The notes below the pieces were generated by a model. That model had not been told where the DNA came from. It did not search any database and saw nothing but the letters and a program-made list of their open reading frames with translations. A program made the position numbers and the translations under genes. 20,000 nucleotides of DNA, from the IMG/VR virus record IMGVR_UViG_3300031773_001380, one strand, 5' to 3'. How positions within the stretch are numbered: position 1 is the first letter of the stretch; the number at the start of each line of letters is the position of its first letter. The stretch is from an uncultured virus (IMG/VR IMGVR_UViG_3300031773_001380). Taxonomy: Duplodnaviria; Heunggongvirae; Uroviricota; Caudoviricetes. Shown in pieces: positions 1 through 7,671 of the stretch.

Positions 1-381
1 AGAGAACGTCTCTATGAACCCTCTAAGTGCTGGTTGTACACTTTCCCTGTTCATATAGTCTGCCTCATCTAGAATAACAACCTTAGTCTTACCCTCAAAT
101 GATACAGCACTAGCAAAGCTTCGTATCTTAGTTCTGAGGGTATCTATCTGCCTACCTTCATCACTACCATTAATAACAATGTAATCACAACCTAACTCAT
201 TACACAAAGCACGAGCAATAGTTGTCTTACCTGTTCCTGCACTACCACTTAATAATAGATTAGGAACCTCTCCTTTTGCTATAAATTGTTTAAACTGTTC
301 TTTTACCTGATCAGGTATAATACAGTCTTCTATGCGTGTGGGTCTATATTTCTCAACCCATAAAAATTGTCCAGGTTCCAT
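1..381 (-). CDS. gp44: T4 gp44-like clamp loader ATPase subunit (N-terminal 127 codons; runs off the window edge)
   Basis: Manual translation from ATG at 381: MEPGQFLWVEKYRP...PNLLLSGSAGTGKTT (Walker A)...INGSDEG...KVVILDEADYM (Walker B). WVEKYRP is the RFC-family signature. GGAG RBS at 391-394. Confidence 0.96.
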   Translation of the reverse strand, partial: MEPGQFLWVEKYRPTRIEDCIIPDQVKEQFKQFIAKGEVPNLLLSGSAGTGKTTIARALCNELGCDYIVINGSDEGRQIDTLRTKIRSFASAVSFEGKTKVVILDEADYMNRESVQPALRGFIETFS

Positions 382-446
382 TATCTACTTCTCCAAACTA
401 GCGAACTTTTTTTGCTCCAAAATTCTGGCCTTTTATTCCTCGACAT
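381..446 (-). CDS. Possible 21-aa basic micro-ORF (MSRNKRPEFWSKKSSLVWRSR)
   Basis: Fills the gap between the peroxiredoxin and gp44. Its TAA overlaps the gp44 ATG (TAATG). No well-spaced RBS. Confidence 0.25.
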   Translation of the reverse strand: MSRNKRPEFWSKKSSLVWRSR

Positions 447-453
447 TTTTGAA

Positions 454-1128
454 TTATCGAATTTTCTCCTTAACGACGGTCGAATCTGAGAGATCTAAAT
501 CTATATGCTTACCTTCTGCCTCAGCAATAGCATCATCTAAATCACCAAAGGTTTCTAACTCATTACTAACAGGCTCATCATTTAAGCTAGTAGTAACAGA
601 TGGCCATCCAAATGCTTTAACATTGTCTAAAACATTTTCAGGGTTACTCTTTTCATAAGGGTCACCTTCAACGTCATCACCATAACCTTCTTCTACACCT
701 GACCAGACAAGTTCTTTGTCATCATATACAGCTGCATATCTCCATGACCTTACACCAAATCCTAGGTTGTCTTTTCTAACATCCATACCTAATTTAATAG
801 TAAAGTCTGCACTACCATCTGGAATCAACTTAACATTAACAAGACCCTGATCTATAGCCCACTCGTTCATAACGAATGTATCATTAACACTAACGCAATA
901 AATATCATCTATTCCTGCTAGTCTAAACTCATGGTATAATGCTTCAAAACCTGGTAATTGTTGACCAGAACATGTAGGGGTAAACGCTCCAGGCAATCCA
1001 AATAAAACAATTTTCTTTCCTTCAAATAATTCTAATGAGGATAATTCAACCCACTTGCTTACGCCGTCGGTTGTTCTTATATGTTTCTTAAAGATTGATG
1101 GAGGTATTTGTGGGTTTAACTCACTCAT
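454..1128 (-). CDS. Peroxiredoxin, Prx5/redoxin type, with acidic C-terminal extension
   Basis: PGAFTPTCS peroxidatic motif, CVSVNDTFVMNEW, IPDGSADFT and GFGVRSWRYA are typical of the Prx5 subfamily. GGAGG RBS upstream. Confidence 0.93.
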   Translation of the reverse strand: MSELNPQIPPSIFKKHIRTTDGVSKWVELSSLELFEGKKIVLFGLPGAFTPTCSGQQLPGFEALYHEFRLAGIDDIYCVSVNDTFVMNEWAIDQGLVNVKLIPDGSADFTIKLGMDVRKDNLGFGVRSWRYAAVYDDKELVWSGVEEGYGDDVEGDPYEKSNPENVLDNVKAFGWPSVTTSLNDEPVSNELETFGDLDDAIAEAEGKHIDLDLSDSTVVKEKIR

Positions 1129-1303
1129 CTATTTCCTCCTGCGAAAATACATCTAGCTCACCCTTCATTACTTTTCTTACAAGCGAGATAGCTGGATTAG
1201 GGCGAGTAAATATATACTCAACTGTCTCACCAAATTTATTGAACTCTACAATCCAACCATTTGTTGCCTCTCTAAGAGAGACTTCTAATTTATCTTCGTC
1301 CAT
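1121..1303 (-). CDS. Hypothetical protein, 60 aa
   Basis: AGGAG RBS upstream. Packed between gp45 and the peroxiredoxin, overlapping the latter by 8 nt. Confidence 0.75.
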   Translation of the reverse strand: MDEDKLEVSLREATNGWIVEFNKFGETVEYIFTRPNPAISLVRKVMKGELDVFSQEEIDE

Positions 1304-1311
1304 TACGACTC

Positions 1312-1968
1312 CTATATATCTGATGAACGCTCAAGCGCCAACCAGTATTTCAAATCACCTTTACTGCTTTCCAAGTGCATAAACTTCTTCTGAGAAAGTA
1401 TTACACTATAACCACCAGGAATAACCTTAAAGTTTTCCATTGCTAGTTTAGCATCAAAAGTTTTATCCGTAGTTCCTATAGCTTGTCTAAAACTATTAGA
1501 CTTAGGTGTACTAGGGTCACCTACACTAATCACAACCTCTCCATTATCACCTACAACACTCAACATAGGACCTGCTGTAATAGCAGCTGCCTTAAGTATC
1601 ATATCTACATCATCTTTAGTTAAGTCAAACTGAAAGAATGTATCTACTTCGATACTTTTGTCAGGTGCACTAACAATAATGTTAGGATCTGCATAGAAAT
1701 ATTCGAACCTTGAGTTGCCTTTCGTAACCACTAAGGATTCGTCTCCAAACTCAACGTCTGTGTCTTCCATTAATGTAAGTAATGAAAGCAAACTATTTAG
1801 ATCATAGATTGCGAATTCTTTAGGGAAGGATTCACTAACTTCTGCTCTAGCAAAAATGTTTTTGCCTGTGCTTATTGTGGATAGTGTTGAACCTTCTCGA
1901 ACAAGAATGTTTGTGTTAACTGTAGCAAAGTTCTTGAGGACTTCAAGAGTTTGTTTACTAATTTTCAT
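1312..1968 (-). CDS. gp45: T4 gp45-like DNA polymerase sliding clamp
   Basis: MKISKQTLEVLKNFATVNTNI...FAIYDLNSLLSLL...YWLALE matches the gp45 family. Start moved to ATG 1968 because GGAG lies at 1975-1978. Upstream of gp44, as in T4. Confidence 0.95.
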   Translation of the reverse strand: MKISKQTLEVLKNFATVNTNILVREGSTLSTISTGKNIFARAEVSESFPKEFAIYDLNSLLSLLTLMEDTDVEFGDESLVVTKGNSRFEYFYADPNIIVSAPDKSIEVDTFFQFDLTKDDVDMILKAAAITAGPMLSVVGDNGEVVISVGDPSTPKSNSFRQAIGTTDKTFDAKLAMENFKVIPGGYSVILSQKKFMHLESSKGDLKYWLALERSSDI

Positions 1969-2000
1969 AATATACTCCAAATTTTTAAATCTATAACCGT

Positions 2001-2029
2001 ATTATAGATTCTTTCATACTAAAAGTCAA
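2001..2029 (-). promoter_or_regulatory. Sigma70-type early promoter for gp45-gp44
   Basis: Minus strand reads TTGACT-17 nt-TATAAT in the intergenic gap. Confidence 0.85.
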
Positions 2030-2046
2030 TATAGTAGGGTACCGTT

Positions 2047-2421
2047 TTAGGTATTATGTTCTACCAAAGTACCTGCAGTTCCGTCATCAATCTTTTGGAT
2101 TGTGTATCCTATACCTCTAGAAGTGCAATCACTTTTAATTGCTGATTGAACTGCTGTCCAATTAGAACTTTTTAATGCACTACCATTACCTGTAGCATCT
2201 TCTACCAATGCCAGGTGAGCATTCCAAGTAGCTGCGTCAGGTGCATTAATCTCTGCTGTAAGTGTTAACTCGTCTTCTGAAAGAGAATAACTTACAGAAA
2301 TACCTCGACTAGAATAATCAGCTAGTCTTTCGGTATGAAGATCTGAATCATGGTCAGATATTTTAGGCCAATCAACTCCTGTGTTTGGTCTAGTATAAAT
2401 TTGTCTTACGACGTATGCCAT
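2047..2421 (-). CDS. Hypothetical protein (about 124 aa), probably late-expressed
   Basis: ATG at 2421 (MAYVVRQ) with GGAG at 2428-2431 and TATAAATA at 2451-2458. No family recognised. Confidence 0.8.
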   Translation of the reverse strand: MAYVVRQIYTRPNTGVDWPKISDHDSDLHTERLADYSSRGISVSYSLSEDELTLTAEINAPDAATWNAHLALVEDATGNGSALKSSNWTAVQSAIKSDCTSRGIGYTIQKIDDGTAGTLVEHNT

Positions 2422-2450
2422 TTTGGTCTCCAATAATTGTCTTACACTCT

Positions 2451-2458
2451 TATTTATA
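2451..2458 (-). promoter_or_regulatory. T4-type late promoter (gp55) TATAAATA
   Basis: Exact TATAAATA on the minus strand, intergenic, upstream of an RBS. Confidence 0.75.
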
Positions 2459-2478
2459 AGAGTTTTGTCTTTAATTTA

Positions 2479-3543
2479 CTAAAAAAGGTAGGCTTCCATA
2501 TCATCTGGTAAGTCTTCAAACTCTAATAATCCTAACTCATCATAATAAGGTCTAACTTTATCAGTTAATAATCCTATTCGTTTAATATTAGGTATAACCC
2601 TTCTTAATAGATACTTTCTCATGAGTTTAAAGTTCTTACCTAGTTCAGTTGTTTCAAATTCACATGCGTAATTATGTGCATCATCTGCATGCCAACCAAA
2701 CTGTCTATAAAATCCAGATGTAAATCCAACTCTGTTTAATAATGTTTGGCAACATTCAAGAGCATAATTTGCTCTATATTCTAACTCTCCTTTATTTAAA
2801 GTACTTAAATAATCAGTTAAATAATTAATACCAAAAGTTATATGCCTTGCTTCATCTTGTAATATGTAATCCATTATCTCTGCTAAGAGAGGATCATTGG
2901 TTCTCTCTTTACAGATTTGGAATGTGCTTAATGCTAATCCTTCCACTACTATCTGTACAATAATAAATTTCAAGTCCCACTCTTTAGATGCTAATGCTTT
3001 ATCAAAAATATGTTTCACACCATCTTGGATAGGATAAACACAACCATATCTTTCTTTAATATATCGTTGCATTGTTTCAGCATGTCTTGCTTCATCTGCT
3101 GCTTGTTGTGCTGCATATAATTTTGCTTGGAATGTTGGTGCACAGCTTACAAGTTGGCCACAACATATTGCACCCATTTGTTCACCGTGCAAGATAGATG
3201 ATAACTGCCACAGGTTTTTATGTTTCTGAAATTCTCTCTTATCATCATCAGAAAGCTCTCTATATGGTCTATAGTTAAACCAAAAAGGATCGTCTCCCTC
3301 AGGCCATTGTCCTAATACATTAATGTCTCCTGGATGTTCTATAGTCCAATCAATATCTGTAGTAGGATTCCAAGCTCTTTCTTTACCTAACTCATATATT
3401 TTTCTAATACGATTATCTTCTATCTTATAGTCCCAATTATAAGAAGCCTCCAAAGGTGAATCAAATAATTCAACTAAGTCTGAATCGTTCTGAGATGGAA
3501 ACTCCTGAAAACTATCAGGAGTATTTACTTGAGTGATTTTCAT
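2479..3543 (-). CDS. Ferritin-like diiron enzyme (AurF-like/diiron oxygenase superfamily)
   Basis: Paired E...ExxH ligand sets: LHGEQ...AADEARH and VVEGLAL...LQDEARH. Confidence 0.85.
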   Translation of the reverse strand: MKITQVNTPDSFQEFPSQNDSDLVELFDSPLEASYNWDYKIEDNRIRKIYELGKERAWNPTTDIDWTIEHPGDINVLGQWPEGDDPFWFNYRPYRELSDDDKREFQKHKNLWQLSSILHGEQMGAICCGQLVSCAPTFQAKLYAAQQAADEARHAETMQRYIKERYGCVYPIQDGVKHIFDKALASKEWDLKFIIVQIVVEGLALSTFQICKERTNDPLLAEIMDYILQDEARHITFGINYLTDYLSTLNKGELEYRANYALECCQTLLNRVGFTSGFYRQFGWHADDAHNYACEFETTELGKNFKLMRKYLLRRVIPNIKRIGLLTDKVRPYYDELGLLEFEDLPDDMEAYLF

Positions 3544-3548
3544 ATCAA

Positions 3549-3556
3549 TATTTATA
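3549..3556 (-). promoter_or_regulatory. T4-type late promoter TATAAATA, 5 nt before the diiron gene ATG
   Basis: Minus strand reads TATAAATA-TTGAT-ATG. No Shine-Dalgarno sequence. Confidence 0.7.
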
Positions 3557-3558
3557 CA

Positions 3559-3882
3559 TTAATCATCTAAGTAGTGCTTCACTGCATGGATATCATGTTC
3601 GTTTAGTGCAATAATAGCGTAATGTAAAACCTTCATTAGATCACGTCTGTGGTCTTCATGGTTACCTTTTTTTCCATATCGTTGTGCATACTTTAGAATA
3701 TTACCTATGGCAAATCCAATTCCGTGTCCACAATCACTAATGAATTCTGTTGATTGAAATTTGTTCTTTGAGTAGTGTCCATTATAAGTTTCATCGATAT
3801 AAGATTGGAGCTCCCTAATGAGAGCTCCTTCGTTGAACTTATAAGGTACAGTATCAGCTGCTTTCTTACTCGGCATCTTCAT
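3559..3882 (-). CDS. DUF3310-like conserved phage protein
   Basis: HY...GFAIGNILKYAQRYGKK...DLMKVLHY resembles the DUF3310 pattern (GNxxKYxxRxxxK...DLxKA). The start may be 3876. Confidence 0.7.
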   Translation of the reverse strand: MKMPSKKAADTVPYKFNEGALIRELQSYIDETYNGHYSKNKFQSTEFISDCGHGIGFAIGNILKYAQRYGKKGNHEDHRRDLMKVLHYAIIALNEHDIHAVKHYLDD

Positions 3883-5053
3883 GTATCTCCTGTTCTGCTT
3901 CTGTTTCCATCTGTTGTTCTAGTTCAACAGTTGGATCAACCTTAGTGTAAAGGTCTATGAATGCCTGTTTGGTATCATCATCAAACCTGTTAACACAAAG
4001 TTGAACTGCTTTTTGTTTGTCTCCAAACACTGCAAACGCATTAACAATATGTTCCAACCTTCTAGTTGAAATCAACTCGTCAATTGCACCGTCGTAATAA
4101 GTTCTTCTTATTACATCACTCCAAGTTACCAAGTGAGTTGCAAACTCATCGTCTTCGATGTTAGCCTTAGCCATTTTCTTAACAACGATCTTTTTCTCGG
4201 TAGCCATTGTAGGGTACTCCTGCTCCACGGTAATGGCAAACCTTTCTAGGAATGCCTCGTCGAGTATGTTGGCGCTTATGAACTTGCCATCATCTGAACC
4301 TCGACCTTTTGTGTTGGCTGTTGCAACAATGTTAAAGCCGGGAGCAGGAGTAACGGTCTCGCCTGTCTTCTTGTTGAAGTAAGGTTTCCCCTCAAGGATG
4401 GCTTGTAAGCACATCAACTTGTTTGAACCCCTATCTATTTCATCAAGAACTAAGACTGCCCCTCGCTTCATCGCGGTGAGGACGGGGCCTTCTCTGTAGA
4501 CGACGTTACCGTCAACTAATGTATTGCCACCGATTAAATCGTCCTCATCAGTTTCAATACTTATATTTACTCTTAATGCCTCTCTTTTAAGATTAGCACA
4601 TACTTGTTCAACCATTGTAGTCTTACCATTACCTGATAATCCACTAATGAATATTGGGTAAAACATATTACCTTGTAATACGGATTTTAGGTCTTTGTAG
4701 AAACCAAATGGAACAAAAGTTTCGTCCTTACTTGGGATCAAGTCTTGAACATCAACTCTTAATTTGGCTTGAACAACCTCTACTGGTTGAGTTTCAACCA
4801 CTGCAAGTGGAACCCTAGCTTCTGGAGCTGCTACTGGAGCAACTGGTTTTGCTATTGTTTGACCACTGAACATGGTTGTAAGATTGTAGATGCCTCTGTC
4901 TACTTTATAGTCTGGTTTGTTTACCAACCAAGCTGGGAAACCAAGTCCTATTTCAGTAGAAGCTGCTATAATCTGCTTTCTTGTAAAAACACCTGTGCCA
5001 TTGTCTTTGGACTCCAGGTTACTAATTAAGTTTTCTCTATCTTTTGCTTTCAT
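3866..5053 (-). CDS. MoxR/CbbQ-family AAA+ ATPase (phage 'CobS-like')
   Basis: Walker A GLSGNGKT, DLIGG, Walker B VLDEID, ATANTKGRG, LDEAFLERF and ISTRRL. Directly downstream of a VWA protein. Confidence 0.92.
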   Translation of the reverse strand: MKAKDRENLISNLESKDNGTGVFTRKQIIAASTEIGLGFPAWLVNKPDYKVDRGIYNLTTMFSGQTIAKPVAPVAAPEARVPLAVVETQPVEVVQAKLRVDVQDLIPSKDETFVPFGFYKDLKSVLQGNMFYPIFISGLSGNGKTTMVEQVCANLKREALRVNISIETDEDDLIGGNTLVDGNVVYREGPVLTAMKRGAVLVLDEIDRGSNKLMCLQAILEGKPYFNKKTGETVTPAPGFNIVATANTKGRGSDDGKFISANILDEAFLERFAITVEQEYPTMATEKKIVVKKMAKANIEDDEFATHLVTWSDVIRRTYYDGAIDELISTRRLEHIVNAFAVFGDKQKAVQLCVNRFDDDTKQAFIDLYTKVDPTVELEQQMETEAEQEIHEDAE

Positions 5054-5091
5054 ATTATAATGTCCTCACATTTATTATTTAATATACCGTT

Positions 5092-5129
5092 ATTATGCAC
5101 TCTGGTGAACCAAGAGTCAAGCATTTTTT
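5092..5129 (-). promoter_or_regulatory. Sigma70-type early promoter, copy 1 of a 38-bp direct repeat
   Basis: Minus strand TTGACT-17 nt-CATAAT. The block attatgcactctggtgaaccaagagtcaagcatttttt is identical to 7603-7640. Confidence 0.85.
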
Positions 5130-5147
5130 CTAAATCTTTTGAAATAA

Positions 5148-7562
5148 TCACGCTACTAACTCTATGATTTGATTAAGGAAAACTCTTTGTGTTGATTTTC
5201 CTTTACTAAATTGTCTAAATCCACGGAGCAAATCGCCTTTTTTGTTGGATTTTACCACCAAATCAGTGTCTTTTATCTCTAATTCTCCCTTACCTTTAAT
5301 AAGGAACCTAGCACTATATCCAAAGTCGTCTTCAACTCTAGAAAACTTCTGTGCAAGTACCTGCTTCCATTCACTATCTGCATAACCTTCATGGTTCTTT
5401 TTGTTAACAAAGTTATTCTTGCTTTGCTCTCTTTCAAAACTATATCTAGAATTATCATCTAGTAAATGGAAGTTGATTAGAGTTGAACCAGTTACTTTCT
5501 TATAATATTCCAAAAGTAAAAGCATATTTTCTTGTCTATCATTTCTATAATAGTCGCTTGTATTAGATGGAATTGCGTAAGTTGCTGTTCCGTCTTTGAT
5601 TACAAATTTGGAATCATATCTACGGTAGCCTCTCTCTGCTTCCTCTTGACTTGCAACCCAAGTAAGATCATCTGTTGGATCACCATCTGTTAAAACTATT
5701 GTAGTCAATTTTTCTACATTGTAATTCTTTTGGAACCTTTTTGCTAACTCAGGAGCTAATGTCAATGCTGATACAAGTGGTGTACCACCTAGTCTAAAGT
5801 ACCTGTTTTCAATTCTAGCATATACACCATCAGATAAATCGTTGTAGTATCTCTGCTTTTCAAAACCTCTTTTCATCAACTGTAGGTATGCCATTGTGTC
5901 ATTCCATTGAACATTATTACACTTAGAGCTAAGTAGGTGTGCAAAGCTAAAGTTACCTCTACCACCCTCTGCTGTAAGTTCATGTACCAATTGTTCTTTG
6001 GTTGTTTCTTTTATTTGGCCACAGTCACTAAAACCATAAACATCAAAAGGAATATTAACTCTTCTGCAGAACATTGCCATCGTTTCCATTTGTTCTATTG
6101 TGCCTTTCATTTGTCTGTACATGCTACCTGACATGTCTACAAACATTAGGACACCATGGTTCTTACCTTGTGGTAAGATTTGAGTCTGATGAAACATATC
6201 TTCAGTTAGTTTGTATGCCCAAAGTTTATCCTCATTCAACTTACCTGTTTTAGAAATTTTAGATTTCTTAAATGCTACAGCTGCTTTTTTAAGTTCAAAA
6301 GTTTGAGCCATTGAATTAATTATAGACCTTTGCTTAGGTTCAAACTCTTTCCAAAGTTTATATCCATAGCCTTTAACATCTGTAATTTGCTCATCGTCCC
6401 AAGTATCATTTAAGGTATATTTAGTAAGTTCAACACATTCTTCCCAATTATATACTTCCTCCATTGGAACTACATAATCTGCTACTTCACCTTGGAATGG
6501 TTTAACATGAATCAACTCTTTAGAGTCTTGATCAACTAAATCTTTCTCATTTTTTCTAAACTGTGAATCTGTAATTGAATGACCGTCGTTATCTAGATAC
6601 TCTTGAAGTTCATCTAACTTTTCTTTTTCTTTCATTTGATCTACAATGTCTTTAGCATCTGCTTTTTCTTCTTTGTGGATCTCTTCTTCTTTTTCTTCGA
6701 TCTTACGTCTTTCTTCATAGTTCATTCCGTCATATCGAGATTTCGATCTGTGTTCGTCGTTGCCTTCTTCATCAGTAAAGTCTGGTCTCTCATCACCTTC
6801 ATCGTAGGCTTCATTCATTATCTTCTCCCTACGCTGTTCTTCTTTTTCAAACTCTTCAAGTTTTTCTGATTTTTGTTGTTCAAGATCTTCTTTGGCTTCG
6901 TCTCTTGCGTCTTGCCTTTCTTTTAACTGTTCTCTTCCTTCTTCAGTAAAAGGATGTGGCATGTTTTTTTCAATGAAATCTGAGAGGTCTTCTTGTCTTT
7001 CCTGCTGTTCCTGTTGATGATTTGTATAAAGTTCATCAGCAAGTGCCATAACCTCTTCGAAGGTTTTAACATTACCAATTCTTTTTACTAAATCTTTTTC
7101 GTGGTCTGCAAAAGTAACACCAAGTAGATGACCTACTTTATAATGTAAGTTCACTCTATCAATAAGTGGTAGTTGGGCAACGTCTAATTTACCAATACCA
7201 AAAAAGTCTTTGTCAAATAGTTCTTTGTAACCTTTATGGAAGGACTTAACTAAACCAGGGTATCTTGCTTTAACTGCTTTCTCAATACGAACATCTTCAA
7301 CAACATTAAGGAATGCTTTTTTGTTCATGTCGTCAACTACAAAATCATGCCACCCTTCTTCAGGAGTTTCATGTGCGTGTCCTACTTCATGTCCAATAAA
7401 CAGATCATATAAGTCTTTAGACATCTCCTTCCAAACTGGAAGATATAACTGTCTGTTTTTGACATCAAATGCCGCTGTCTGCATTGTTTTATCATGAATG
7501 ACTTCAATGTTTTCCGTTGCCAAACATTTTGCTAGTATTGATTGTGATTGTATCTGGTTCAT
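5148..7562 (-). CDS. Metallopeptidase-like (HEXXH) plus VWA domain protein, partner of the MoxR ATPase
   Basis: N-terminal HEVGH and NVVEDVRIE, a central E/K/D/Q-rich linker, and MIDAS elements DMSGSM, GGTPL and VLTDG. Confidence 0.88.
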   Translation of the reverse strand: MNQIQSQSILAKCLATENIEVIHDKTMQTAAFDVKNRQLYLPVWKEMSKDLYDLFIGHEVGHAHETPEEGWHDFVVDDMNKKAFLNVVEDVRIEKAVKARYPGLVKSFHKGYKELFDKDFFGIGKLDVAQLPLIDRVNLHYKVGHLLGVTFADHEKDLVKRIGNVKTFEEVMALADELYTNHQQEQQERQEDLSDFIEKNMPHPFTEEGREQLKERQDARDEAKEDLEQQKSEKLEEFEKEEQRREKIMNEAYDEGDERPDFTDEEGNDEHRSKSRYDGMNYEERRKIEEKEEEIHKEEKADAKDIVDQMKEKEKLDELQEYLDNDGHSITDSQFRKNEKDLVDQDSKELIHVKPFQGEVADYVVPMEEVYNWEECVELTKYTLNDTWDDEQITDVKGYGYKLWKEFEPKQRSIINSMAQTFELKKAAVAFKKSKISKTGKLNEDKLWAYKLTEDMFHQTQILPQGKNHGVLMFVDMSGSMYRQMKGTIEQMETMAMFCRRVNIPFDVYGFSDCGQIKETTKEQLVHELTAEGGRGNFSFAHLLSSKCNNVQWNDTMAYLQLMKRGFEKQRYYNDLSDGVYARIENRYFRLGGTPLVSALTLAPELAKRFQKNYNVEKLTTIVLTDGDPTDDLTWVASQEEAERGYRRYDSKFVIKDGTATYAIPSNTSDYYRNDRQENMLLLLEYYKKVTGSTLINFHLLDDNSRYSFEREQSKNNFVNKKNHEGYADSEWKQVLAQKFSRVEDDFGYSARFLIKGKGELEIKDTDLVVKSNKKGDLLRGFRQFSKGKSTQRVFLNQIIELVA

Positions 7563-7602
7563 ATTTTATAAAAGTCCTTACATTTTTATTTAATATACAT
7601 AC

Positions 7603-7640
7603 ATTATGCACTCTGGTGAACCAAGAGTCAAGCATTTTTT
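7603..7640 (-). promoter_or_regulatory. Sigma70-type early promoter, copy 2 of the 38-bp direct repeat
   Basis: Same TTGACT-17 nt-CATAAT block as 5092-5129, upstream of the VWA gene. Confidence 0.85.
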
Positions 7641-7671
7641 TAAAAGATTTGAAATCTTTTTCTACAGAGAA

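Noticed and set aside
2479..3543. Ribonucleotide reductase beta subunit (nrdB)
   Set aside because: It shares the fold, but I do not see the NrdB-specific ExxHxxxY radical tyrosine pattern, and no nrdA is adjacent.
6590..7020. Repetitive ttc/tct-rich tract as a tandem repeat or mobile element
   Set aside because: It simply encodes the Glu/Lys/Gln-rich linker of the VWA protein and has no fixed repeat unit.
3866..7562. Calling the AAA+/VWA pair a CobST cobaltochelatase for B12 synthesis
   Set aside because: There is no CobN or other cob gene in the window, and the motifs support only a generic MoxR/VWA system.
5092..7640. The 38-bp direct repeats as a CRISPR array or att sites
   Set aside because: There are only two copies, 2.5 kb apart, each a complete -35/-10 promoter, with no cas or integrase gene in the window.
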